The notes beneath the pieces were generated by a model. It ran no database searches, had not been told where the DNA came from, and was given only the letters and a program-made list of their open reading frames with translations. The translations under genes were made by a program, and so were the position numbers. This document shows, in pieces, positions 26,810 through 40,183 of a DNA stretch of 64,000 bases. This DNA is from Octopus sinensis. Lineage: Eukaryota. The stretch lies in assembly GCF_006345805.1 (NCBI RefSeq), contig NC_043018.1, positions 620,001 through 684,000 of the forward strand, in the 5' to 3' direction. How positions within the stretch are numbered: the first letter of the stretch is position 1; each line of letters opens with the position of its first letter.

Positions 26810-28006
26810 TGTATGTATGTATGTATGTTCAAATAGCAATTAAATAGCATGTATAGCACGGTGTTTATGACTCCTTCATAGTGGCGTGTGTGTACAACAC
26901 TTGAAAATCATAGACTGGCGACACAACTCAAATCAGTGTCTCAGCATTCTTTGCGGGCTACCCAATTTTACGCACCTGAACCGAATTGGAGGCAATCTGA
27001 GTCGACAGTCCTTGACTATATACAAACAGTGTAAAAACTATTTGCTGGCTTATTCCGAAAATGTGTATGTCAGAAAAAATTAAAACAGGATTTAGAAGCA
27101 GAGCTAGTGCAGTAAATATTATGGAGCACGTATACTTGCTGTATTACGGGTGATATGTTAATAAACCACAAGAGTGGTGAAACATCGATGTTTGTCGCTC
27201 CTGAAAAGGATTTCGGAGAGTTGTCTCTCTTCTCTATGAATTTAACACATGGCGTTCAAAAGGGATCTCCCCCAGCTCGCTAAATTTGAAATAAAGCGAG
27301 GGAAATGTCTGGCGCTGTTTCTAATTTATATTTGAATTTATTTTTACTTAAAGTGCGTCGGGGCATACCAGCAGTTCATTTTTACACTATACGTATATAA
27401 TCGAGGACTGACGACACAATTCTGTTCAGCTACCTGATGATGATAAGCAAAAAATAAAAGAAAAACAAAAAAAAACACAACACACGTACGTATGCAATAT
27501 CTTTGGAGATACTTTTTTGCAGATTATACAAAATATTCTTTATGTACCTCATTACTAAACAGATATTTCTTCTCATATATTTTCAAAAATCTCTATGATA
27601 TGATTAGACAAACATTTCGTTCCTAATACTAGAAAAGCAGACGAGCATTTTCATATACTATTATTGGCTCAATTTAGAAATATGTTCATAATCTACGTTG
27701 ATTAGAATGGATTTCTGATTAGTGTATTTTGGTAAAATTGAACGCGTTTTTCGTCATTTTCGAAAACGGTTGAGAGTGCGGACTATGGAGGATATCATTA
27801 TCGCGTCTACTGAGATAAACATATTTGTGTATAATGATGTGTAGTGTAAAGAAGTGCTAGTATTCTCGGTACGTCGTGTGTGTAGACGTGTAGGAATTTT
27901 GTAAAATCTTAATAACATTCAAATTGGTTAATTGACATTTATTATATACTGAATAAAAGAAAAGTTTTTATATCTATGCCACAAATACGCACACTTTCAT
28001 ATAAGC

Positions 28007-28047
<41 letters not shown>

Positions 28048-29069
28048 TATATATATATATATACATATACACACAAACACTCACACACACACAAACATAT
28101 ATATATAACCACAATTATATACACATATATAAACATATATAAACATATTAATATGTGTATATGTATATATATGCACATATACAAATATATATATATATAT
28201 ATATATTTATATGCACGTATACAAATACATGTATATATATATATATATATATATGTGTAAGTGTGTGTGTGTGTGTGTGTGTGTGTGTATTTATACATAT
28301 ATACATCCATATATGCGTATAGATATGCATAGAAATATCAGTACATATGTTTGAATACGTATATATTTGTTTATACGTAGTGTGTCTATGACGAAAAGAA
28401 CTTAGCTATGACGTCTGATCAATGCCTTGTGGATAGGTATACGTAGACACCGTAGAGGTTGCGATGATAAATGATTTATATAAATACCCTATGGCCACTT
28501 CGTTATAATAACGCTCTCTCTAGTTTATCGCATTTCACTAACGATAGGAGAATGACATTGGGAACACACCCGCAGGTTGTTTGTCTCTAAATGTTCGTCA
28601 ATTTTCTCCTTTATTGTTTACTTGCTATCTTCTGCATACATTTTCAACTTACATCAATTCCTAATTTTCTCCTACATTTCCTATTTATTGACCTATCTCT
28701 CTCACACTTGTTCAGTACACACACAATTACACTCTAAATGTCACTGTCTGTCGGTCTCCGTCTCTCTTGTCTATCTCTTATTCTTTGTCTCTCACACGCA
28801 CATTCGTTCCTATGAACACACAGATGTAATATGCATATATACAGATATATGCGCAAATATATAACATAATTCGCAGCCTTCTTTGTCCTCTAACTAAGTA
28901 TTAACTTATTTCATGCATCTTCAAATTAGCGATTGAAGATCTTTGATAAAATATAAAACCATGAGGATGTATACTATATATTCACACACTCACACTTATA
29001 GAAGTATGAATATGTCTACATAAACCTACACACACACATTCGTGTATACATACGTGCATGTATATATAA

Positions 29070-29111
<42 letters not shown>

Positions 29112-29112
29112 A

Positions 29113-29146
<34 letters not shown>

Positions 29147-29181
29147 TTCATTTATATATATGACATACATACATATATACA

Positions 29182-29212
<31 letters not shown>

Positions 29213-29235
29213 GACATATAAATACATATATACAG

Positions 29236-29273
<38 letters not shown>

Positions 29274-29310
29274 CATATGCATACATATATTCATACATAC
29301 ATGTGTGTAT

Positions 29311-29350
<40 letters not shown>

Positions 29351-29952
29351 GAATAAACATTGAGATCATTTATCAAAGAGAAAAAAAAAACATTTTGCTG
29401 ATTTACATATCTCTTCAGATATTAAAACAAGTACAAAATAGACCTTATGTTGTTAGATATCTGTTATTTAATTAGTTTATCTCACCCCCAATCCCACTTC
29501 TCAGATACGGTGATATTTTTATTATTGTATGCATCTCAGCACTTATACTTAGTTTCACCAATATATTTACATCTAGTAATTCCGAATTTAGAATCATTAT
29601 TCACGGTATCTAAACGATGTGTGTATATATATATATATATATAATGGGTTATCTATTATCTCTTTCAGTCATTATAGTGCGGCCATCTTGGAGTTCCATC
29701 TAAACATAATTCATTCTTAAAGATTAAACAAGTAGTATAAAGAGAAAATTTATAAATAGTAGTTTGTTGATATTGGGTTACAAATTATTTGAAGGAAAAT
29801 ATTCGTAGGCTACCCATGGAATTCGGGCCGAAATCGTAACTTTGTTTAAGTCGAAAGCTAAAAAGTGTTGCCCTTTTGGTTAAGTAACTGCGGTTCAATG
29901 CTGATGGTTCCACTTTTCATTCCCGTCTTACTAAGTAAAGAAGACCACTCTG

Positions 29953-30992
29953 CTGCCAGTGTGCACCAAGGACGAACATAGATCAGTGGTATTATTTCTC
30001 ACGATTAAGGCGGCGAGCTGGCAGAAACGTTAGCACGCCGGGCGAAATGCTTAGCGGTATTTCGTCTGCGTTACGTTGTGAGTTCAAATTCCGCCGAGGT
30101 CGAATATACCTTTCATCCCTTTCGGGGTCGATTAAATAAGTACCAGTTACGCACTGGGGTCGATATAATCGACTTAATCCGTGTGTCTGTACTTGTCTGT
30201 CCTCTCTGTGTTTAGCCCCTCGTGGGTAGTAAAGAAATAGGTACGATTTCTCTCGATTGAAGGTATACCAAGGGCTGAGATTTATTGCATACTCTGACTA
30301 CGATATGGGGAAGCGATCTACCGTGTAGAAGTGTGCGTGAATGGATTAGGAAGTTTAAAAATGCAGGACGAGCGTGAAATATGGAGAGGTAGCAGGACGC
30401 CGGTCAACTTCTACCACTGACATGTTGATACAAGAAAGTTAAGAGATGGCTTTACCGAGCAAGCCAGTGACCATAGATAAGGTGGCATATTCTCTGTAAA
30501 TTAGTCATGGTTCTGCACAAGAAATAATCTTCAAGCTGGATCTCTGTAAAACCTGCGTGAGATCGTTACCAAGAGAGCTTACGGAAGTGCTTAAGTGCAA
30601 TTATGTAGAGATCTGTTAATGCTTGCTCGATCGCTACAATATTGAAAGCGAAGTTTTTAGGAGAGAACAAGTACAGGAAATTAGCCAGAATTTAAAAGAC
30701 GGGGTATGTAGTGGAAAAACACTCGAATTGCCTAAGGAATAGAAATTCAGGACAATCTTCAGCAGAAAGATAATACTAATTTGTGTGGGGATGCAGTAGG
30801 GCCTATACGGGAACATTACCTGCACAAGTAGTATACAATCAGCAATAAAGGTTACAGTGAGATGAACCAGCAATTGGTACGGAATGCCGAATACTTTCAT
30901 CAAAGTAAACGGTACAGTTGCACAGCCATGCATGTCTATATCAAGGCCACTCAAACCGTTAAAGTCATGGAAAAATTGAGTTTCGTTTTTGC
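29953..30992 (+). pseudogene. Mariner transposase fossil 1, interrupted by SINE B and running into the gap
   Basis: LPVCTKDEHRSVV|RFLSIEGIPRAEI...SVREWIRKFKN...ISHGSAQEII...RELTE...LLDRYN...GPIREHYL...YSEM, with stops and frameshifts. Confidence 0.85.
30007..30239 (+). mobile_element. SINE family B, full length
   Basis: Consensus match. Degenerate 19-bp TSD ggta(tt/cg)atttctc(a/t)cgatt at 29988-30006 and 30240-30258. Confidence 0.9.
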
Positions 30993-31092
30993 NNNNNNNN
31001 NNNNNNNNNNNNNNNNNNNNNNNNNNNNNNNNNNNNNNNNNNNNNNNNNNNNNNNNNNNNNNNNNNNNNNNNNNNNNNNNNNNNNNNNNNNN
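30993..31092. other. Assembly gap (100 N)
   Basis: Run of N. Confidence 1.
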
Positions 31093-32728
31093 TTGAATGT
31101 ATATAAACAAATGAACAGTGAAACCATATATATTGTATAAACTTGCTGGTAGTAAGGTGAAGTGAGTTTTTATTGCAATCTTTTAAACATTCATTGAATT
31201 ACATAATTCTTAATCCTGAAATTTTCGGCTAAAATATTTGACGGCTACAAGACGTTCGTTTTAGTTGCAGCTGATTTCAGTGATTCGTGCTAAGCATTAA
31301 ATTTTTATCACGTGAACCTCCACGCGTACAACACAGTCACACAGACATACACGCACATGTCTACGAATGTGGATTAAGTTACATGCACACATCCATTAAT
31401 ATAACAATATATATATATATATATACATATATATATACATATATATATTTATATATATATATCATAAATATATATCTATATATATACGTATATATATATA
31501 TATATGATTTATATATCTACATATATACATATATATATATTTGTATCATATATATATATATATGATATAATTGTATATATAATATATGATATATATATAA
31601 TGATATATATATCACATATATACATATATATTATATATATATATATATATTATATATATACATATATATTTGTATATATATATATATACAAATATATATA
31701 ATATATATCTCGTGTCTCTCTGTTCTATATGCATATATGTATATGGAAATATATGCATACGTCCATATATACATACATAGATACGCACACGCACATACAT
31801 ACATATATGCACGCATGCCCATACACATAAAGTTAATATCTAAGCAACAATTGTCATCCATTATAATTGATTGCATTTAATACTTTTAATAAAACGTAAA
31901 GCATCCTTACTACTATTTCATTCTTTCAACTTGCTCCTTTCCATTCCATAAAAGAGCTAAGTGTTATTAACAATAGTAGTTGGAGGGTAAATTTCCTTCA
32001 TTTTCCTAGGCAATGCTATTACGTGATTTATAGCATACTGTAAGTCTATTTCTTCTAAAGTCTCCGAATAACAGAATAACAGCTGAATTGAGATTCAATC
32101 TATCGAAAATTAAGACAGAATTTTTGTGTAGGATTTCATTTAAAGATATCTAAAGATCTGTTTAGAAATAGCAATCATTGATACTTGAAATGTTATTACT
32201 ACTGTTTTAAAAAGGCAAAAAAAAAAAAAAAAATTATGAACTGAATCCCTGTAAATTAGGTTTGCCTTATATGCGTTAAAAGAATAATACATAAATAATT
32301 AGGCGAATGATTAATGCAAAATTGTGTAACCACCTAAAAAGATGTAAGCTATTACTGTCAGTAAAATAGTAGCACCTTCTTACATCAGTTTAAGCGCACA
32401 TGGAACAGTAATAGAAATTTGAAATATGGCCTCGGTTTTATGTAATTTGAAAATGGCAAATGTGAATCTGTAATTGGACGAAGAAAATAATTGCAAAGTG
32501 AATATTTGAAAACATGTCAAATTGTTAATATGATGGAATATACATCTTGTTTTCTTTGTGTCGTCTATCTGGATGTTGTGTTGTCCCTTTTTGTATCACC
32601 TAGCTCTCCGATGTTTTGCGTTCTTGTCCCGTTTTATATGTATATATATATATATATAATATATATATATAATATATATATATTATATATTATATATATA
32701 TGTGTGTGTGATAAATAAAATATATGCA

Positions 32729-32950
32729 AATACAAACATATATGTACGTACCTTACATCTACATGTATATATACATGCATATATAAATAATTATACGTGA
32801 GTACAGGACACCACAATAAGACGTAGAAACGGAAAAAAAACAAAAAAGCAAAAAACAGAAACACGAAAAAACAGTTACAGGACGTGCTACACAAGGAAAA
32901 AACCCACCCTCATCAGCTGTCGCTAGTAGACTCAAGCATGTTTCGAAGGC
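32729..32950 (-). mobile_element. Repeat family H copy 2 with a degenerate hammerhead
   Basis: Minus strand 32920-32877 reads ACAG CTGATGA GGG tgggtttttt CCT tgtgtag CAC GTC CTGT. Stem I and CUGAUGA are intact; GAAA is lost. Confidence 0.55.
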
Positions 32951-32995
32951 ATATATATATATATATATATATAATATATATATTATATATTATAG

Positions 32996-33028
<33 letters not shown>

Positions 33029-33867
33029 TATTATATATGTATATATATATATATATGTTTTATATGTTATATATATAAATATTTACATGCAAATCGACAA
33101 TTAAAAAATAGAAATAAAGATAGGTAGATAGGTTGGTAGAAAGACATGTAGATATGTATGTGTGTATGTATTAGTACAGACAAGCAATCTATAACGCTTA
33201 CTGCCTCTACGTATAAATATATATATTTGTGTCTGTCTTTATTTATTTATCTACCTATCTCTACGTATATACACATATACATACATTTATAAATGTGCGT
33301 ATGCTTCATATGCATGTGCAAATGTGTGCATGTGTGTGTTTGTATGTGTGTGTGTGTTCCTATTGAAAGAAAGTCTAAGAATCACGTATTTTTCTATCTT
33401 TTTTTTTCCTCACAATATTTTTTCCAGCCCAATGAACTTAATGTTATGCGGCTTCCCCGACGGAGTCGTTCTTGATCACCTACGACCCCCAGGTTTCAAA
33501 TGTGATGCGAAAACAATACAAACAGGTCATACAGAGTCAAAGTATGTTTGCTCTGTTACACTGGTACAATGTTTATTGATGTTACTGTCGAGTAGAATGT
33601 AGAACAGTAGAACAATTTCTTCACATTGAAGTTTACACACACTCACACACACACTCACGTACAAATTACTCCGACGCCCATACCGAGAGACACACACATA
33701 CTTTGAATCAAAAATTATACATATACACGCGAGCATAGATTCCCGCACACACAGTCAGTCGTATAGAAGTATATAAGCTTATATATATATGCGTAATATC
33801 TATGGATATGTGTTTATAAATCTACATGTATATATATGCATATATTTATGCATATCTATACCCCTAC

Positions 33868-34405
33868 ACTCTCTTTTACTCTTTTTTACTTGTTTCAGTC
33901 ATTTGACTGCGGCTATGCTGGAGCGCCGCCTTTAGTCGAGCAAATTGACTCGAGGACCTATTCTTTGTAAGTCACTTACTTATTCTATCGGACTATTTTG
34001 CCGAACCGCTAAGTTACGGGGACAAAAAGACACCAGCATCTGTGGTCAAGCGATGTTGGGGGTAGAGGTGGACAAACACAGACACACAAACATATACATA
34101 CACACATAAACATATATATACATATATGCAACCTCGTGTGTACTGTTGGCGATTTTTTTTCTCTGTCTTCCCTTCTCTGGATCTTTCCTTCTCCTATGTT
34201 TCCGACGAAGAGCTCCGCTCGAAACGTTTTAAACCTCCTTCTTTCCTTCTCTCCTCAGCGTCCATAATACTATATTTGTTCCACGCTCCTGCGTGTTTTG
34301 TTTTTTTTGTCTTTCTGTTGGATTAACTATATATATATTAATATATATATGTATATATATATGTCTCTATATATGTATATATTATGTATATATATTATAA
34401 TTATA

Positions 34406-34467
<62 letters not shown>

Positions 34468-34645
34468 ATATATATATATATAATATATACGACACGCTTC
34501 TTTTAGTTTCCGTCTACCAAATGCACTCATAAGGCTTTGGCCGTCCGAGGCTATAGTAGAAGACACCTGGCCCAGGTGCCCCGCAGTGGGTCTGAACCTG
34601 GAACCATGAGATTGGTAAGCACCTACCTATCACACAGCCACTCCT
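33868..34645 (-). mobile_element. SINE A split by HHR element F1
   Basis: Tail half at 33868-34100 and head half at about 34485-34645 flank the insert at 34127-34327. Confidence 0.8.
34127..34327 (+). mobile_element. HHR element subfamily F1
   Basis: ~200 bp, homologous to 39159-39361 and 58996-59192. Motif GTTT CCGACGA A GAGC TCC GCTC GAAACGTTTT AAAC at 34198-34234; ends ggattaac(TA)n. Confidence 0.8.
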
Positions 34646-34651
34646 ATATGT

Positions 34652-34687
<36 letters not shown>

Positions 34688-34688
34688 A

Positions 34689-34773
<85 letters not shown>

Positions 34774-34938
34774 ATTGTGTGTGTGTATATATATATACAT
34801 ATATACATATATATATATATATATGTGTGTGTGTATATATAATATACACATATTCATATGTATATCTAATATATCTATAAAATATATTATAATATATATG
34901 TATCTGTCTATCTGTCTCTGCCTCTCTCTCTCTCTTTA

Positions 34939-34991
<53 letters not shown>

Positions 34992-35671
34992 TATATATAA
35001 TGTTGTGTGTGTATGTGTGCATGTGTCATGGTTTTTACGTACGTGTCTGTGTTTATGTGTATATTTTTGTGTATTTTCTCTTTATGTGTGTGAGATGAGA
35101 AGTTAAGTAGAACAATGGGAAATGTTGACAGGGAAACAAACGAATGAAAATCTGTGTAAACATTCGATTTGTTCGGGTATGTGAGTTGATATATTCGAAT
35201 GCAGAAACCTCTGTCTAAATATGTGTTAGCGTATACGTCTCTGTTAAGAGGCAAAGATAAGAACATGACACTGATGAAGTGTAAGGCATGAGATAGTGAA
35301 AGTTTCGTCTACTCCATACCATATTCCATTACACTGAACATGCCGGAGAGAAAGTGCATGTAGGAAGCACACTGACCACAAGGTTCTGAGTTCAATTTCC
35401 GCCGAGGACGACTTTGCCTTTCATGCTTTCGGTGTTGATTTAATAAATATCAGTTACGCACCGGGGGATCGATGTAATCGACTTACTCACTTTGCCTGTC
35501 CTTGTTTCACCCTTCCATATCTCACACACATACACGCAGGCATACAAAGACACAAACTTCTTTCTCTCTTTCTCTGTCTGACGCATTCAGTGCGATGACA
35601 AATATATAAATACATACCTACATACATACTTACATATATATATACACACACATAGCTGAACTCATCAAGTA

Positions 35672-35790
35672 TTTTTATTCTCTCTCTGGTTATTTACTCT
35701 TATCCCTTTCTGTTGAAGAGCGCAGGCTCAAAATATAAAGGACTTTTTCAAACTTATACACTTGCTTGTTGTTCATAAACATGTCCACGT
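35672..35790 (+). mobile_element. Old degenerate HHR element F2
   Basis: CCTTT CTGTTGA A GAGC GCAG GCTC AAAATATA AAGG: CpG-decayed version of the 47893 motif. Confidence 0.6.
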
Positions 35791-35930
35791 ATTATTATTA
35801 TATTATTATTTAATTGGAGCACCAGGCATCATTTCCAATTTTATTATAATATATATATATAGATATAATATATACTATATATATATGTATATATATACCC
35901 ATACACACACAAACTATATATATATATATG

Positions 35931-35978
<48 letters not shown>

Positions 35979-36017
35979 CATAAATAATCAAAATAAAAAC
36001 ATGATGCCAAGGATTTA

Positions 36018-36097
36018 GCGGTACATATGTTTCGGGCCTTTATTAGACGGATTTATAACAATGCATAATGTATGTCTGTGGCCTTCTTTCAGCCCGC
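36018..36097 (-). ncRNA. Degenerate type I hammerhead candidate with a long stem II loop
   Basis: GCGGG CTGAAAGA A GGCC [~41 nt] GGCC C GAAA CATAT GT A CCGC. Canonical only after removing three 1-nt homopolymer insertions. Confidence 0.4.
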
Positions 36098-37523
36098 GCA
36101 CAAAGAACTTCCGCAAGGACATGTATTACATCAAAATTCTTGGTTGGGGATGCAAATCCTCTCATTCGCGTACGACATAATGCGGCAACAGCATAAAAAT
36201 AAAGCGTCCATCTCGTTCTTCTCTCAATGTAGAATGAGGAAATTTGGATGTTGAAGTAATGTAAGTAAATTAATAAATAAATATATACATATATAAATAT
36301 ATAAATGCAGATAGACGTGAAGGACCTGGTAATAAGAGTAAATAGAGATAAGGTGGAGGGGCGAGAATTCAGGACGAAGGATAAAAACTATAAAAAAGTG
36401 TAAGTATAGAAAAATATAAAAATGTAGAGTATAAAGATAAAAGAGATATTAAAAAATATAAAAAAGTATAAATGAATATAAGGTATAAGTTATAAAAATA
36501 AAAATAGAAATAAAAATAATAAAAAAATGTAAAAGAATATAAGGATAAGGGATATATATAGTTACGGACCAAACATGGTGGTCGGGTGAAAATGACAAAT
36601 TCTGGTTGTAGAAGTCTTGGGTGTCATAAATCAACAGGGGCGTCTGGGGACTTAGTGTATTGTAAATCAGAGTTGTTGAGCAGCTTATCTAGTTCCTCTA
36701 GTTCTTCGTAACGTATTAAGTGGTCATCTCGTACATACGTACCCGCATGGATACACATGGATACATACACCCATATACACGCGCACATATATGCACGCAT
36801 ACCCAGTCACAAGCATATAAGCATACATACGTACTCACGTGTAAACATATACAGATACACATATACACACACACACATGCGCGTATATATATATACACAC
36901 ACAACAGAATATGCATACATATACACGGACAATATACATGTACATATACATATACACACACACCACATATATAACATATATATATATATATATACACATA
37001 CACATATGCCTACATATATCTGCACATGCATACATACACATACATACACATATACATACACACACGTATATATATACTCACACCCATACCCACACACGCA
37101 CATATATATGTGTGCATACATGCACACCCACGTGTGCAAACATACACGCATACATACATACACACGGACCCACGCGTACGTATCCACACGGACACACACA
37201 CATCTGTGTGTCTATACGCGCGAGTGCGCATAGCCTTACATACACATACACAGATGCCCACCCATACAGGTATGGAAATAAGATATTAAAAGATGTATAG
37301 AAATTAGAAATGAAGTATGAAAATTATAAAAAATTATAAAAACTATAAAAATTAAAATAAAGAATGAAAATAAAATAAGAATAAAGGTAAAGCAAAGTAA
37401 AATAGGATAAAATAAAATAAAAATATAATCGGGTAACGCTTAACATGAGATGAAGGTAAAAATTAAAGGTGGTTGAAGTGTAAAGTTAAAGGTGTGTGCT
37501 AAAGATATATATATATATACACA

Positions 37524-37574
<51 letters not shown>

Positions 37575-37755
37575 TATATATATATATATAATATATAACG
37601 CTCTCGGGTGGGTTGAATTATGACGGAATGTTGCTGGGTCTATGAAAACTTGCATTAATTTCATTTGCTATCAATAAGTGTTCTGTTCCAACGTAAAAAT
37701 ACATGTGATTTTTGAAGGAAACTTCAAAAGTAAGTAATTGCAACGTTATTTGAAA

Positions 37756-38552
37756 GTAGACAGATTTTGGTATCTTGGTGTTATCAAGTAGCTGCAATGT
37801 ATAAACAGATTTTCTGGGATTGGTTTCCGATGAGAATCCAATAAGTTATCTCAAATCGATTCAGTATATCCCTCTAATGACATTCATGCTAACATCGTTT
37901 CTACATTATTGGGTGATGCTCTAGCTTTATGCACACTGGAAAAGGAGGCTGTAGCATTTAGGAGAAGAGGGAGTGCTGAAAATGGACCAAGGTCTTGACG
38001 TCCTATAACTACAACCAGCGAGGAAAACTATTTCTTTACTACCCACAAGGGGCTAAACACAGAGGGGACAAACAAGGACAGACAAGCGGATTAAGTCGAT
38101 TACATCGACCCCAGTGCGTAACTGGTACTTAATTTATCGACCCTGAAAGGATGAAAGGCAAAGTCGACCTCGGCGGAATTTGAACTCTGAACGTAACGGC
38201 AGACGAAATACTGCTAAGTGTTTCACCCGGCGTGCTGACGTTTCTGCCAGCTCGCAGCGAGGAAAACATTGATCGTCTCCACCACATGTTGATGGATAAC
38301 AACGATTGGCTATGAATCAAATAGTCAATGTTATGAGAATACCTCCGTGAGAGAGTTGAGAATGTACTGCACAATGACCTTGGTATGACGACCGGCTCTG
38401 CTCGATGGGTGCCAGGTCTTCTGGTATCTGATGAAAAGTGCACCGGCTGATCGTGTCACAAGCAAGTTCGACATTTCAGAAGGCACTGGTTTCCTTGACC
38501 GTTTCCTAACCAAGGATGACTGCTGTTTTCATCACTTTGAACCAGGGACAAC
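37756..38552 (+). pseudogene. Mariner transposase fossil 2, interrupted by SINE B
   Basis: DRFWYLGVIK*LQ...DIHANIV...PRS*RPITTTSEENIDRLHHM...LHNDLGMT..SARWVPGLL...FLTKDDCCFHHFEP; contains the WVP-x-L motif. Confidence 0.85.
38029..38254 (-). mobile_element. SINE family B with a perfect 13-bp TSD
   Basis: TSD cagcgaggaaaac at 38016-38028 and 38255-38267. Removing the SINE and one TSD copy restores the mariner reading TTTSEENIDR. Confidence 0.95.
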
Positions 38553-38712
38553 GTGACATAGTGGAAGAGTGCCAGTTAGGTCTGCTAATGGTAAAACTTG
38601 GTAGGATAGCGGGAGTGTGGCATAAGGTGGTATACTTCGTGTTTTACGTATCTCAAGGGGCAGATGTATATGTGTTGTCAATTTTTGTGGAGGAAGTATC
38701 ACTCCATATAAG

Positions 38713-38879
38713 GTAGTATTCAATCGGATTTTTATATCCGGCGCGTTATAGGGCGCAGTTGTAATTCAGCGTATTGCTCGAGTATTTCTTTACTGGCGGA
38801 TAGGGACGAAATCCTATGAGATACGCTATCCACGATAGAGTTGTGGACAGATGGTGGGGTGATGATTGGAGGAAAAGTT
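38713..38879 (-). pseudogene. Penelope-like element RT C-terminal (thumb) fossil
   Basis: Frameshifted NFSSNHHPTI...RISSLSASKEILEQYAE / YNCAL*RAGYKNPIEY resembles PLE SNHPP.I...RIS..SS..EIF......Y..AL..SGY. Recognised from memory. Confidence 0.6.
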
Positions 38880-39158
38880 AAGATAGTTAAGAACCCTACC
38901 CGAATTATTGTACAGACAGAATGTATTGTTTTGTAAATCTAGGAACTTAGCTGTTTTAATACTGGAACCGAAAGAGACGCGTAGACCCACGTTATAAAAA
39001 ATAACTGATCCTATTGCTATGTTGCTCCATCTTGCGGTTACTAGAGTTGGGGTTTACAAGCAGAGCGTCCTCCATATATGTACATACGCATGTGTGTGTG
39101 TATGCCTGTCTGTCAGTCTGTCTGTCTTTCTCTATCTCTCAATATATATATATATAGT

Positions 39159-39361
39159 ATGTGATCTCGTCTGTATCACTAGCGATTTTTTTTACCTCTG
39201 TTTTCCCTTCTCGGGATCTTTCCTTCTCCTATGTTTCCGACGAAGAGCTCTGCTCGAAACATCAAACCCTCCTTCTTCCCTTCTTTCCTGAGCGTCCAAT
39301 AATACTTTATTTGCTCCACGTCCTCGCGTTGTTGTCTTTTTGTTTTCTTGTTTGGATTAAC
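39159..39361 (+). mobile_element. HHR element subfamily F1
   Basis: Homologous to 34127-34327; flanked by (TA)n on both sides. Confidence 0.8.
39233..39267 (+). ncRNA. Minimal type I hammerhead ribozyme motif (AUC cleavage triplet)
   Basis: GTTT CCGACGA A GAGC TCT GCTC GAA A CA T C AAAC. Stem I GUUU/AAAC, stem II GAGC/GCUC, U4C core variant. Confidence 0.6.
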
Positions 39362-39391
39362 TATATATATATATGTATGTATGTATATATA

Positions 39392-39470
39392 TGTCTTCTG
39401 CTATAGCTCCGGCCCGACCAATGCTTTGTGAGTGGATTTGGTAGACGGAAAGTGAAAGAAGCATGTCGTA

Positions 39471-39555
<85 letters not shown>

Positions 39556-39780
39556 CGTGTGGTGTGTGTGTTTTTGTGTCTGTGTTTGTCACCCTAGCAC
39601 TGCTTGACAACCGATGCTGGTGTTTTTACGACGTCCCCGTCACGTAGCGGTTCGGCAAAAGAGACCGATAGAATAAGTACTGGGCTTACAAAAGAATAAG
39701 TCCCGGGGTCGATTTGCTTGACTAAAGGCGGTGCTCCAGCATGGCCGCAGTCAAATAACTGAAACAAGTAAAAAAAAAGA
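39392..39780 (+). mobile_element. SINE A, 5'-truncated
   Basis: Begins at tgtcttctgctatagc; long internal (TA)n; consensus tail. Confidence 0.85.
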
Positions 39781-40183
39781 ACGAGATATATACATAGACA
39801 CACACAAAAAACACAGACACATATACGGATGTAACGTACTGTGTTGTGTGTATCCGGATGTGTGTTGAGGGCGTGGGAAAACACGTGACTCTCAGGAATG
39901 TGTTCAGCTTCTTTCTTCCATAAGTATCATCTAAAATAGGCAATCATCATTTTAAAACTTGGAAAGACAAAAACATAATTACGTTTGTTGTGTTTCTTAA
40001 GCTGACAGACCTAATTTTTTATTCTAACACTTAAACTCAAGTACCATACTCAAAATATCTACAGTTTCATTGTTAGTTTTTTTTTATAATTTAGAAAGAA
40101 AAAAGAAAGAATTCTATCGGTTTTCCCCAATGCTAGCCACATATTCCGGCCTGTATTGCAAGTCCTTTCGTCATTTTGTGAAT

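Noticed and set aside
30634-31140. ORFs spanning X residues
   Set aside because: Artefacts of reading through the N gap; the real signal is the mariner fossil.
35266-35300. CTGATGAAGTGTAAGGCATGAGA as a hammerhead
   Set aside because: GAAA is absent (GAGA), stem II relies on G-U pairs, and there is no stem I partner.
36740-37270. Long HT/TH-rich ORFs in a degenerate CA/TA tract
   Set aside because: Low-complexity decayed dinucleotide array.
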